DNA of 64,000 nucleotides from Laetmonice hystrix (Eukaryota): NCBI GenBank assembly GCA_965235115.1, contig OZ249440.1, positions 19,282,001 to 19,346,000 of the forward strand, read 5' to 3'. Shown piece by piece: positions 49,801 to 60,700 of this stretch (position 1 is its first letter; each line of letters starts with the position of its first letter). The notes under the pieces were generated by a model. It saw only the letters and a program-made list of their open reading frames with translations, ran no database searches and was not told where the DNA came from. The position numbers and the translations under genes were made by a program.

Positions 49801-52800
49801 CCATCCTTGCAAGTCTGTGCTCAGATACAGTGACATTACAGACAAGAGAACGGGGTGAGTTCATGAAAGCACAAGAAGAACCCACAATTCTGTTTTCTGG
49901 GAAATTTCTCCTCTGTTGTATAAACCATTGTACACATGTACATGTCTGTCGACATGGTAACTGAAAATGTAACAAGTGACGTAGAATAGAATATACTTGA
50001 AATAAAAACAGAGAAAAACATGTTCGTCCTTCAACTCCAAAAATGGTATCGACAACTTCAATGTACCCCGTACATATCATATCATTTGAGCCCACATCTC
50101 TCTACGAGTTGGCATCAGTAAAAGGTATTATTTCAGCATCAGGCAAATGCTGACAGGCCACAATGTCATGCAGGCAATGTTCAACAGTAAAAGAAAACAA
50201 AAAGGAAACAACAAAATGAAGATAACCAGCAACAAAAAGATACAGAACATGTGTACTTACTTTTGGCAACACTAGAGGGCGGTCTAAGTCCTGACATAGA
50301 CAGCCTGCTGGGCTGCTTGCGCTGTTTTGTGATGTCTTCAAGACTTGTGACACGAGGGGGTGCACGCCCAGGGGTGGGAATAGCCGAAATCCCAGGAATT
50401 CCAGATACACTGGGTATCCCTGATGTGGGTGTAATACCCCGAGGTATTGGGATTGATTCTCGGGATCCTCTAAGACTATTTGGGGTAGAATCATCTAAAA
50501 CCTCCAACTAAATTTAGAAACAAAAGAAGAAAGAAGCCTAATAAACCATACAGACACACAACTGTCTACAAAAACAGAGGGACATTCTCAGGTAGACAAT
50601 CTGCATTCACTCCGCAGCTGTAGGGAAAAAAATAAAATAACTTAAACACAAACAAGAGCTGATTTCCTGTGGCGTAAATTTTCCTTTAAATGCCAGGAGT
50701 ATCTGTAGCACTGGTACACCAGACTGGTCATGTTACTGGAGATTTGAAAATTTATTTATTAGACTGGGTCAAAACAATGGAAGGATCAAATTGATTTTTA
50801 AAACCTATGGCTTCATGACTTTGCAATAAATTTCTGGATGGACTATGTTATTTCTCATGACATCTAAAAGATAATAATTTACACTGAACCTGCAGTTGAC
50901 AGCTGGAGAAAACAAAAAAATACCATTAAAATATATCATGCTAAGCCTCATACCGGATGATACCAGAAACCTTTAGAAATACACCCCAGTCAACTTACCC
51001 TCTAACAATATGCTTTTTCTGTAGTTATGAGATAAGTACAGAAAATAAGCAAAATACTACATTTGATCTCACCGAATATAACCTCTGGTGTAATGCATAA
51101 TTTTAGCTTCATATCCGCCTATACTGAGTGTTTGAGTATCTAAATTCATACTTTGTGTCAAACTGAGAAAGAAGAACTGAGGTGTTTTTCCGTCAAGGAA
51201 CCGTGACCATCTCACTACACATGACAACCCACACCATGACCATGCCACTTGAAGCAGACAACACAACGCGCCAACACACACGTAGACTGGTGCTACCTTG
51301 CTGGACAGGTTTGGCGGGTTCTTCCTTCGTCACTTCTTCAGCAATCGTCTCCTCTCTCTTTGCTGTGACTGCCGTGACAGCCTCGGGTTTCTCTGACGCT
51401 TTACTCTCTTTTGTTTCACTTTCATCTGTACTACTGCTGCTTGGAGAACGGGGAAGCTTCTCACGCTTCACACCAGAGGGAGCCAGTGAGGTTCGTTCCT
51501 TTGGCAGCCTCCTTGTCACCGTCCGCTTCCTCTCTTCTTTGTTGGCATTTTCTGGCCTGCCGTCGCTCTTTTCATCCTCAAGTGTTTTCAACTTAGCAGC
51601 GTGTGGTTTAACGGAAGGATAGTGTTAAAACAGGCAGAACGTGGCATAGTCTGGGGGCAAAACAACACATCTCTCCTGTCTCAAGTCATTGAGATACAGT
51701 TCAACTTAAATAACAAGACATTCAACTCAATGACATAAAGGAATACATATCTCATAAACCTTTCCAGGGCTGAGATACAAGCTGTCATAACAAATTAAAC
51801 ATATATGGTAATCAAAGATACCAGTATATTCTCAATACCAAGTTGAACACATTTCAGGTTTCTTGAAGAGTATGGTATGTTTTCTCAAGGTATAATGTGT
51901 GTGGACATTGCACACTGGATAAGGGACCAAGTCCAGAATCTAACGGGAGGATCAGTTGCAGAAAAGGAAAATTAAACAAATCAAAAATGCAAGAACGCAA
52001 AATACAAAGGAACCAAAATAAAAGTTCACATTAAATTTATTTAGTAGCAGGAATGCAAAGCAAAGAACACAGCATGGGGTTGGGGCTTTTCCCTGCTTGT
52101 TACTCCTTTTCCTTTATTTTGATTAGTCAAAATTAACTGTTTAATATTTAAATAGAAGCTATAGGCTAGCCAATCCTGACAAAAATCATGTTAACTGCTG
52201 TTTTATTTTAGTGATTGTATTATCAAAATATTTAATGATTCTAAATGCAAGGTATGCCTTGACAAAAAAGCCATAATAAAAGCAAATATAACTTTTTTAT
52301 CACTGCAATATTCTCTAATTACATGTACTACTAAGTGTTAAGTTCTCCAGATTGCGGATGAATTTGCTAGTTTGTACTATCACTTTAAACACTCAACCCT
52401 GCATGCCATGTACAAAAACTATTCTAGACTATTCTAACTTATCAGTAATCTACGAAAGATGAGGAATGCAATCAAATATCCTGGAATTCACACACTCAAC
52501 AGTAGTAATAACCTGGGATAGACTATCTGGGATACACTACCGATACTTCTATTCAATGTAAATATGATTTATCATTAGTATGTAAATATAGGGTACCCCT
52601 GGTATAGGTCTTTGTCTAGCTTCTTTTATTGAACCTGATAGAAAGGTCAATTTCACACGCAATATGAATAAATGTTGTCAATTTGCTCATTTATATCATA
52701 CAACATATGTGACACTTTTCTATTCCAATCATTTCTATTTCAAACATAGCACCAAAGATATTCCAGACTTGCCTGCCATAATTTCAAGAAATGTCCCCAA

Positions 52801-54044
52801 ACTCAATTATCCACAGTATTACGTAAATGAATGCCTCCTTCTACTACTGAGAAATTGTGGCAATTTTTCACCTGGACATATATCAGTTACTGGTAATAAT
52901 TTAATAATAACGCAGGTTTTTAAAAGACTGAAAGTAACTAATACACTAAGTACCAAAAGTAAGTACCAAAAGAATAGAAATGAAATATTGAATCAAGTAC
53001 CCTGTTGTTCAATGTGCCAGGATCAAACCTTACTCAAGTATAAGGCCCTAGCTTGCCACCAGTCAGAGTTAGTCGACAGCTACATTAATTACATCATGTC
53101 ACACCATGACTTACCACATGCTGGTTTGGGGCCACAGGGGCCCCAGACCCTGCATCATCCAAAATGTCTATCTAGAAAAAGACATTGTCAGTCTTTTGCT
53201 AAAACCCACTAGAAACTATAAATAGTCAACACAATATTTTTACAATATTCAATTAGGCTACAGATAATGAAATAGAGGTGGAGCAAATCATAGCATAATT
53301 TACTGTGTTAAGTACTGTGTATAGATGTTTAATAAGATGTACCATCTTGAATTTTGTAATATTTCTGCCTCCATCTCCCAACCTCTAGTGGATGTGTAGC
53401 TACAGAAATCATACCAATGAACGTTTGTTCTGAGATCCATCCACTCCAGCTGTACTGCAGAAATCAATTTTTCACCCTATGACCTCAGTACTAAATAATG
53501 TCAATCTATATCACGACTAGCAGCAGTGAAAGAGTTTACAGTTAGTGACAACATCTGTTAAAAGTAAACAAGGTACCTGTGACTGGCGTACGAATATGCC
53601 GTGGTTGTCCTCACAGGTGAAGTAGCGCTTGCCTTGGACAGTTCCATTATTCTTCCCCTTAGCATCGTCAAGAACTACTCCGATCCATTTTCCTGTAAAA
53701 GCAATAATCCAACTGAAATTAGGTTTATGTCATGTCATGATTAAGTTTTTTTTAAATTAAGGTACCCTAGCTCACAATCTTAACCCTTGAATCATACTAA
53801 ATATGTGACATGATCACTTATGCAACAGAACTGACATAAAACTTAAACTTCTGAAGATTCAAAATTTAACAGTAAATATGGCAGCCAGATATGTAAATAC
53901 CAGTCATACCAGATATGGAATCAACATCAATGTGTACTAACCACTGGAGAATAGGGTTGTTCCGATGTAGGCTACCCTCCCAATGATGCCCTTTCCAACG
54001 ACCTCTACACGAGTGCCAACCTTGATTGGCTTGCCATCAGCCAT
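14984..54044 (-). CDS. DCTN1: dynactin subunit 1 (p150Glued), multi-exon gene
   Basis: GT-AG exons with consistent phases: 54044-53942, 53692-53577, [53171-53115], [51591-51297], [50507-50261], 33136-32955, 32711-32514, 32386-32315, 32196-32089, 31848-31726, 31434-31285, 31083-30919, 30636-30445, 30247-30122, 29964-29865, 29688-29603, 29414-29287, 29110-28996, 28789-28736, 28519-28388, 27790-27707, 27459-27397, 27169-27067, [26214-26194], 24353-24254, 24049-23956, 21776-21648, 20734-20592, 20418-20252, 16850-16786, 16522-16451, 16270-16112, 16000-15851, 15495-15400, 15124-14984 (brackets = probably alternative). Hallmarks: CAP-Gly GKNNG, coiled coil 1, [56 protein letters not shown]. Confidence 0.95.
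20252..24353 (-). CDS. DCTN1: DCTN1 exons around coiled coil 2 (5 exons)
   Basis: KMEELA..GPYECLR / AMENGEYD / [15 protein letters not shown] / [19 protein letters not shown] / [27 protein letters not shown]. Confidence 0.92.
20713..21457 (-). repeat. 8-copy tandem array (94-bp unit, two units 92 bp) of a DCTN1 intron-end/exon-start junction
   Basis: Unit starts at 20713, 20807, 20901, 20995, 21089, 21181, 21275 and 21367. Each carries the acceptor AG and the first 23 nt of exon 20734-20592. Confidence 0.92.
27067..33136 (-). CDS. DCTN1: DCTN1 central exons (coiled coil 1 and dynactin domain, 18 exons)
   Basis: e.g. [112 protein letters not shown]. Confidence 0.95.
27812..28120. repeat. minisatellite, ~13 copies of a 24-25-bp unit (CCCATGTAGTACAGACAATACATTC)
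   Basis: Direct tandem repeats without spacers, in a DCTN1 intron. Confidence 0.95.
34631..35572. repeat. minisatellite, ~19 copies of a 50-bp unit
   Basis: CAGAAATATCTGACCTTGACTTAACACATTGTACATGGTTAGTCTCAACA: 17 near-identical copies at 34681-35530 plus diverged terminal units. Confidence 0.97.
35619..35770. mobile_element. 152-bp palindromic MITE (PIF/Harbinger-like, 3-bp TSD)
   Basis: ~72-bp near-perfect inverted arms GGCCCGTTTTACTAAA...GTTGCTAGGTCG around a 7-nt loop. ATG lies on both flanks. Confidence 0.75.
40753..41033. repeat. tandem repeat, 4 copies of a 70-bp unit
   Basis: GCCGTGTCAGGGTGACCGTGAGCACC...CCTTCCTTGTG starting at 40753, 40823, 40893 and 40963. Confidence 0.95.
42977..43017 (+). 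promoter_or_regulatory. candidate Pol II promoter (CCAAT, TGACGT, TATATAAA) for the nested lectin gene
   Basis: CCAAT 42977-42981, TGACGT 43005-43010 and TATATAAA 43010-43017, ~210 bp upstream of a signal-peptide-like ATG exon (43228-43299). Confidence 0.4.
44671..48869 (+). CDS. secreted C-type lectin domain protein (QPD/WND, perlucin-like), nested antisense in a DCTN1 intron
   Basis: Exon 44671-44862 [43 protein letters not shown] joins in phase 1 to exon 48637-48869 [53 protein letters not shown]. The 5' exon is uncertain (39415-39508 or 43228-43299). Confidence 0.9.
49263..49606. repeat. tandem repeat, 5 copies of a 68-bp unit
   Basis: TGGTTTTCACGATTATCGTGGCAGACTGG...GATCACAATGGT at 49263, 49331, 49399, 49467 and 49535. 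Confidence 0.95.
50261..53171 (-). CDS. DCTN1: DCTN1 alternative exons after CAP-Gly (53171-53115, 51591-51297, 50507-50261)
   Basis: Each has AG/GT boundaries and an open frame, and each starts with a related motif (IDILDD, LKTLED, LEVLDD) comparable to vertebrate IQVFED. Confidence 0.7.
53577..54044 (-). CDS. DCTN1: DCTN1 CAP-Gly domain exons (54044-53942, 53692-53577)
   Basis: [35 protein letters not shown] / [38 protein letters not shown]. Confidence 0.95.
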
Positions 54045-54890
54045 CTTGAAAAGCTAGAGATATACACAAAGAGTTTTTTTGTGTTTTTTTTTCATTATAA
54101 CAAATTGACCAAAAGGACATAGTAAATATACAATCATGAAGTAACAATGAGACCACATCTGAAAAAAATCGATGAAAGCAAAAATTATAGCAGCATAAGC
54201 AAAGCGCAATATTTGTATTTCTATCATATGGTACAGTCTCACTCTGAGATACAATGTACATATGTTTTAATTACTAAAATTGTAGTGCTCGCTGAAACCC
54301 CTAGAGGGCAGCACTGACTCTACCTAAAACCTCATCACAGCTCTCTCCTAGAAAAGTTCAAGACAGGCCAGTGAATGTCCAAATTATCCTAACCACTCAG
54401 CACCAACTTAGGCCAAAAGCACTATCGTATTCCTAAATATTTAAGAATTCTACACCTTAAACATATAGGTTTCAGTGGTGGCTCTTAAATATAGCATAAT
54501 AGATGAATGTAACCATATAGAAACTGTGACCTAAATATACCAACAGGTGGAACAAGCTTATCTGTATGGTTACGGTACTTCATTTCAGTAAACCTTATTC
54601 ATGGTGAATAAACCTTATCCTGGTCAATAAACCTTATGTGTGGTCAATAGGCCCTATTCCTGGTCTAAAATGTCAGCCTGGTTTGTGTAAAAGCCTATCT
54701 TTAAAAATACAATTTGTTAAACAGTGCTTTTAAAATAAGACAACCAATGATCCAGTGAATTGCTTAATTACTTTTCACCTCCTGATGTATCAAGCTCTGG
54801 AAAGCCTAAATCCACCAGCCTTTTATAAGGAGTGCAAACTGTGAAACAGTTATTGCAAATTCCAAACACTTTTTCATTAAATTGTCCCAC

Positions 54891-56309
54891 CTTCTCTCCC
54901 CTAGGGGAATGGTTGGTGATGGGGAATGAGGTCCGCTGTACATAGGCACAAGACATGACATCATCAAAACAAAATTTCTGTATAAATCTACAGCGAGTTT
55001 CTACACCGGATCCATAATTTTTACTGCACAACACTGAATTTGACACACTTTTACAGAATTTATGTCTATCCCCTAGAAAAATAGTTTCCTGTACACTTAG
55101 GGCAGGTGTAACTTGATCATTTGATACTGAACTTAAAGTAAAGCAAAGAACCATCAAGCATTTATTCTAGTTCTGAAAAGATTTTCTTTTCTGAAGCAGT
55201 TACTGCAAACTCCAAACACTTCATTGAGTTTTCCCACCTTCTTCAACCTAGGGGTATGGTCGGTCATGGGGAATGAGGTCCGCTGTGGACACAAAACAAA
55301 ACATCAAAATAACCTTTCTGTATCAAGCTTAAAACCTAGTCTGTAATCCACATAATTTCACTAATTTGACAAACTTAAACTAAGGAAAAAACAGACCAAA
55401 TTCTTTCCTCATCAATTCATCATATTCTTAGTTTGGCTGAAGTAAAGGTAATCTTTAGAAAGGATAATGTTCAGAAGACTACGGTACCTCAGTTCTTCAT
55501 TAATTCAAAGGTTTATCAATGTAGCCTTCTGAGCCTGCTTGGTGAAGTTTCTTACAGTTCTTCGTATCATACTGACTACTACTTTTCCAACGGAAGCAAA
55601 TATGCTAATAATTGCTTCCAAAGATAGGGTTTACAATTTATAACATTCTGCCTTCAGGGAAGCAATTTAATGAATCCTTTCTTACATCATTCGTCCCTTA
55701 AAGATGTAAACAAGAAGGCGAAAACCATAAAAACCTGTGTTAACATGAATAAATAGCAAACAACCTGGATATCCTATCTGGGCTTAAGATACTCAGAGAT
55801 CTAACATCCAATATTCATGACAGTTGTTATTATCCTGATCAGTTGTTATGGTTTAGAATTGTGAATTGTCCTTTTAGTATTCCAATTCATCAACATAATT
55901 TAAAGCTTAAACATCAGTATCTATATTTATAGATGCCTTATCTCTATGTTAATTAACTTAAGGAGTATAAGTACCAAAATATCATCTCAATTTGTACAAA
56001 ATCTTTGGTAAATTTGATGTCAAAGAAAGTCAGTGTAAAACAAGCAAAAATCAGGGACATTGCTTTAATGATAACGCTTTTCAGCTTTTTCCTCTTGATG
56101 TGGCAGCATCTAGAAACAGTTACATGTATTACAGACCTGTGCAGCTTCACTCAGAATGAAAAGGTTTTTTTTAATCATTTGATATTGAACATCTTAACTA
56201 AAGTAAGAAAACATCATGAGCTGTTAATCCAACCTATGAAAATGTTTTTATTCAACTGTCCCACCTTCATCACGCGAGGTGTACGGTCAGTCATGGTGAA
56301 TAAACTCTG
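54891..56309 (-). other. three paralogous 45-nt exon-like cassettes (54935-54891, 55282-55238, 56309-56265) upstream of the DCTN1 ATG exon
   Basis: Each is bounded by CAG and AAG|GTGGGA; they read RTSFPITNHSPRGEK, RTSFPMTDHTPRLKK and QSLFTMTDRTPRVMK. Confidence 0.6.
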
Positions 56310-56777
56310 CTGTGGGCCAAACACAATATGTTACCGTCAAAAGAACCCCATTATACTTAGGTTCCAGCCACAGACTTACAAACACATGTATACTGCCCAA
56401 CTTAACAGCCACCTGATTACATATATACTGAAAGGTACAACAATTTCATTGGCTGTTCAAGTCAATGCCAAGTCAACAACCAGCCATGAGACTTTCGCTT
56501 CATCGTGACAACAGGCAACTGGAATGTTGAATTTCATTAGATTCCTCCATTTCTGTGGGTATACATTTATTGATTTATGTAGTCTAAGGCCTTCTAACCT
56601 AACAGCCCATCTCTGCATTTTGGAGTCAGTGACAAATGAGATGAGAGATACTCGCTGATTGCTTTGAAACAGAAGGTTGCAACTGTGTCACTTCGGCTTC
56701 CTGGGTGGTTGTAACGTAAGATATGGGCTTTTAACTTAAGTGTACTTCAACTTGCAATAGTCAAGGTGTAGCTTTAA

Positions 56778-56947
56778 CAGTGGCAGATCCAAGTCGGGGT
56801 TTAGTGGGTTTAACCCCTCCCCCCCCCCCCCCCCGAAGCCAATTTTTCTTTTTTCTCCATTGAACTTTCTTAATTTACCAATCCTACCCCCCCCCCCTCC
56901 CCGAACAAATTCTCCCCCTGTTTACCAAAATCCTGGATCTTCCCCTG
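56778..56947. mobile_element. short MITE of the CAG(T/G)GGCGGATCCAG terminal-repeat type
   Basis: Left CAGTGGCAGATCCAAG and right (reverse complement) CAGGGGAAGATCCAGG, with C-runs inside. Confidence 0.55.
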
Positions 56948-57300
56948 GCTTACATTAAGTTGAAGTGAACGAAGTAGATTAATAAATATGTTCAAGAAAT
57001 AATTTTTATAGGTTTCCGCAAGGCCGTAAAAAGTGTCCCTGCTGCAGTGAGTGGGGGGGGGGGGGGGCACCTAAATCGTCGCTACCCTCACCGGCTCTCT
57101 GCCTCATCGACTGACGTCATCACCAGTTCAGGAAGATGTGGATTTTCAGGGCCTCCACTGAGCTCCAGGCCCGTAAATTTAACAGTTTGACATTATAAAA
57201 AGCGATCACGTTTCTGTGGCAGCTAGATCTACTTCTCCTACTAATGAGTGTAAAATTTGATGGAGGCTATAAAGTAGGAAACATAAAAAATGTTACCGAC

Positions 57301-57430
57301 CTGTCAGTGTCACTGCTGAGGCTGAGCACTGCACCGAGTCTGACTCTGAGACCGAGTAGATCAACGTCAACGGCGCTTGACCGATCCGCTGTTACAACAT
57401 GCGCCCTCCTCACGCCGTCCAGCTGTTACC
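57301..57430 (-). other. probable DCTN1 5' untranslated first exon
   Basis: GC/CpG-richer segment followed by donor-like GTCGGT / GTAACA. The DCTN1 ATG exon begins directly after an acceptor (TTTTCAAG|ATG), so an upstream exon is expected. Boundaries approximate. Confidence 0.4.
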
Positions 57431-57604
57431 CGCTATTACCTAACAACTGAATATATAACTGAAGCGTCTAAATTTTGGCGGGGGACACCTATACTTTTGG
57501 CCAAACCCCGATTTTTCTGAAGACTGAACACTCACTCAGAAATTAAAACAAACCGGAGGTGTTTTCTACCATTTCTAGGCCGTTTCCGGTCTGTGTACAC
57601 TACC

Positions 57605-57616
57605 GGTCACGTGACC
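57605..57616. promoter_or_regulatory. palindromic E-box GGTCACGTGACC (USF/TFEB CLEAR-type) in the putative bidirectional promoter
   Basis: Perfect 12-bp palindrome between the divergent genes; ETS-like TTTCCGG at ~57583. Confidence 0.5.
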
Positions 57617-57742
57617 ACGGAAATAGGGCAAGGGAGTTTGGTTGATTTAGTAGGGGTGGGATGGAGTTGTGATGTAGGCCTAGATCTATCCTTAATTTGT
57701 TTTACCTAGGAAGTTTAAAGTGAATACGCGAGGTAAAGCAAC

Positions 57743-60700
57743 ATGACCGGATGGCTACCGGCAGACGAGGAAACCAAGTATGGTGTTGGTAAGTTGAACG
57801 TTTCCTTCACATGCACGGAGTAGGCAGCGTGGGTTGGGCAGTGTTTTGTTAGCGTTTTTTGTTGTGCTTGTGCTGTGCTCAGTGCTGTGGCTGTGGTGAG
57901 ATCCGCCAAGATTTTGTGATCCCTGATCCCGGTTCTCTCCCTGCCTGAGGCAGTCAGGGGCGAAAGCAGCCGGTACGAATCAGCCAGGGGGACATCGTAT
58001 TCAATAGCTGGACATGTTGAAATATGTGTACCGTTCAGACAGTTGTATCGAGCCCAGTGGCAGTGCACGTCTGTAATGTATCTAGTCTGTAATGTATCTA
58101 CTTCGAGGAGATATGATTGAGACTTTCAAAATCCTAACAGGGGTGTATGATAGGAGTACTACACAAGGCCTATTTCAAATCAGACACTCTGATACGAGAG
58201 GGCATAGCCTAAAAATTTTCAAAGCAAGACCTAGGCTTGACGTAAGGAAATACTCATTTACATTTAGAGTCGCAGAAGCATGGAATAACCTCACCGAAAC
58301 AATAGTAAGCTCTCCCACAGTCAAGACATTTGAAAGAAGATTGGACAAATATTGGGAGAACCTTAAGCTCAAGTACGACTACAAAGCACCCCCCGAAAAT
58401 CCGCAAGCGCACACACACAAACTAGTTAGCCTAGACAGTAGTATAGTAGCAAATGAGCTGGCACCAGAGGCCCAATAGGGCCTAGATCGGCCAGAAGCGG
58501 ACCTGTAAGTAAACCTGTAAGTAGTCAGACTAGATCTAGTGTCGCGAAACCTTTCTAAGTTCTCTAGTTTCAGGAAGAACCACTGTCCAAGACCAAACCC
58601 AGACCAGGGTCAGGGAGGAACCAAGCCAGGATTTAAGGCTTTGCTTTGCCCTGTGGGTTTGCCTGTGTCCGCCTGTGAATGTAGGTGTAAGGAGTTCGTA
58701 AGGAGCCGTCTCAATCAGTGATCCATCTAGATCTACATGCGAAAAGTTTTCACTTTTCAGGGACATCGGACAAAATGTTTGATGTTGAAAAGCTTTACAA
58801 TTAATTTACAGAAGACATTTGGATCTTACAACATCAGACATCTAGGCCTATTTTCCTTTCTAATAAAGTAATAATTTTCCCCGTTCCCAGCATTTAATTA
58901 TTTTAACCGGATTTCACAGATGTTCCCTCAACCCCGTTCCATTATAGACCTGTACCAAACGAGGGGGATGAGGCTACCACAACCTATTCTTACCACTACC
59001 AATACTTATTATTGGCTATAGCCTGTGTACATAGGCCTAATCACTCTTTCCTGCAGGAAATAATTTATGGGGTAAATAATCTGCCATAGGTGAGCCCAGA
59101 TGGGGGGGGGGCCCTCTCCCAGAAAAAATATTGCTAAAAGTGTTGCTCAGCAGGTTGATTGGGGGGGGGGGGGTAATTCCAAGTTATAATGCAGGTGATT
59201 CATCCCCCCATTCCCGCTCTGTATGAAACTCTGTTAAGAGGGCCTTCTTTTGGTCTATTTGCCCCGGGGCTTTTATCACAGAATCCATAGGTCAGTGGGC
59301 CAACAAAAGGTAATTTCAGTGAAAGTACTACTGAAAGTGACACTATCATTAGAAATCCCAGGCAGATTGTATTACATTGTGCACTTATTCCAGGCAGGGA
59401 GTGGGTGTATAAATCATAGGACATTTTATTTTAACAAAATATCAGTAGACCAAGTGTCGCCCCATGGCGACATGCTGTGTATTCAATGTGGCATACATCA
59501 CAATATCCTCGGTGGGGGCTATAAATAGTAGATTGATAACACCGGACAATCTGTCAGATCTATTTATTATGCCTCATATTGGATATTGATCAGTAAAAAT
59601 TGCCAGCTATGTCCGGCAGTCTGGTACTTTTCCTCACTACTGATATTACAACGATGCTTTTGTGGAAATATATTTAAAATATATCATATTTTTATTTTTA
59701 AGGTAATTTTGAGGTCACAATTTTGCATGTAAAGCACACTTATTGTAGAAATGTACATATAATCAGGGGTGGCTGATTTTCCAAAACGATCACTTGCCAC
59801 AGGACAAGTGGACTACAAAATTCCACTTGCCTGGCCCTGACATAGATCTACATGCCCTGTACTTGTTATTAAGTCTATGTTGGATCAGAGCACTAGTCAT
59901 CGGGCTAAAATTATCTGATCTGTTGGACTTCCTGACCATTCTATCAACTTGGCATCGGGCGCCATCCCAGATTTGCAAGGCATCTGGTTGCTGTGCTTTG
60001 AGCACCTCTGTCAATGGATGTTTCTGCCGTCCTGGGAACTGGAGTGGGTGATGTCGGTTGTTCTTTATACCAGCAATGACCAGTGTGACTTGAATGTGAT
60101 CCTGTGCTGGGACTTCTGTTATTGTGTTGGTTGGGAAGGACAAACTTACTCCATTGAAAGATAATGGTTCCTACGGGTCCAGGAAACCGGGAAAAGTCCC
60201 GAATTTTTATATTGGGGCATCCCGGGCCAGGAAAAGTCCAGGAAATTGATATGTGCTTAAGTTCGGGAAAAGTCAGTGAATTTGACCAATAGACTTCGAT
60301 TCTAGGTGGCTGATTATTAAGGTCTGGGCCACTCAGGGTACCGTTATCATCAATATCCCATACTAAGAAATAGTGGAAGGAGACCTGAACATGGTCATGG
60401 AAAAAGTCATAAGGATCCGGTAAAAAGTGTGGGAATTTAGGAAAGTTGCATGGGAACCATGAAGATAGTGCTATGTGATGTCCCTAACCTGACTGAAGTT
60501 TAATGTACATGTATACATACATTTATACATTTCGAGTGGACTCCCCCCCCCCCCCACACACACACACACACAAGAAGTGGCAGCACTTCATGTTGATACC
60601 TTGGTTATGTAATTGTAAGTGGATGCAGTAATCTTGTAGCCGGGGTTTAATTCCTGTTGGATACAATTCTATCCTTCTATGTCTAAAAGAATCACACTAT

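Noticed and set aside
52664-53212. 182-aa plus-strand ORF, the longest non-TE ORF in the track
   Set aside because: AT-rich, low-information composition in an intron, antisense to a real DCTN1 exon candidate; no domain motif.
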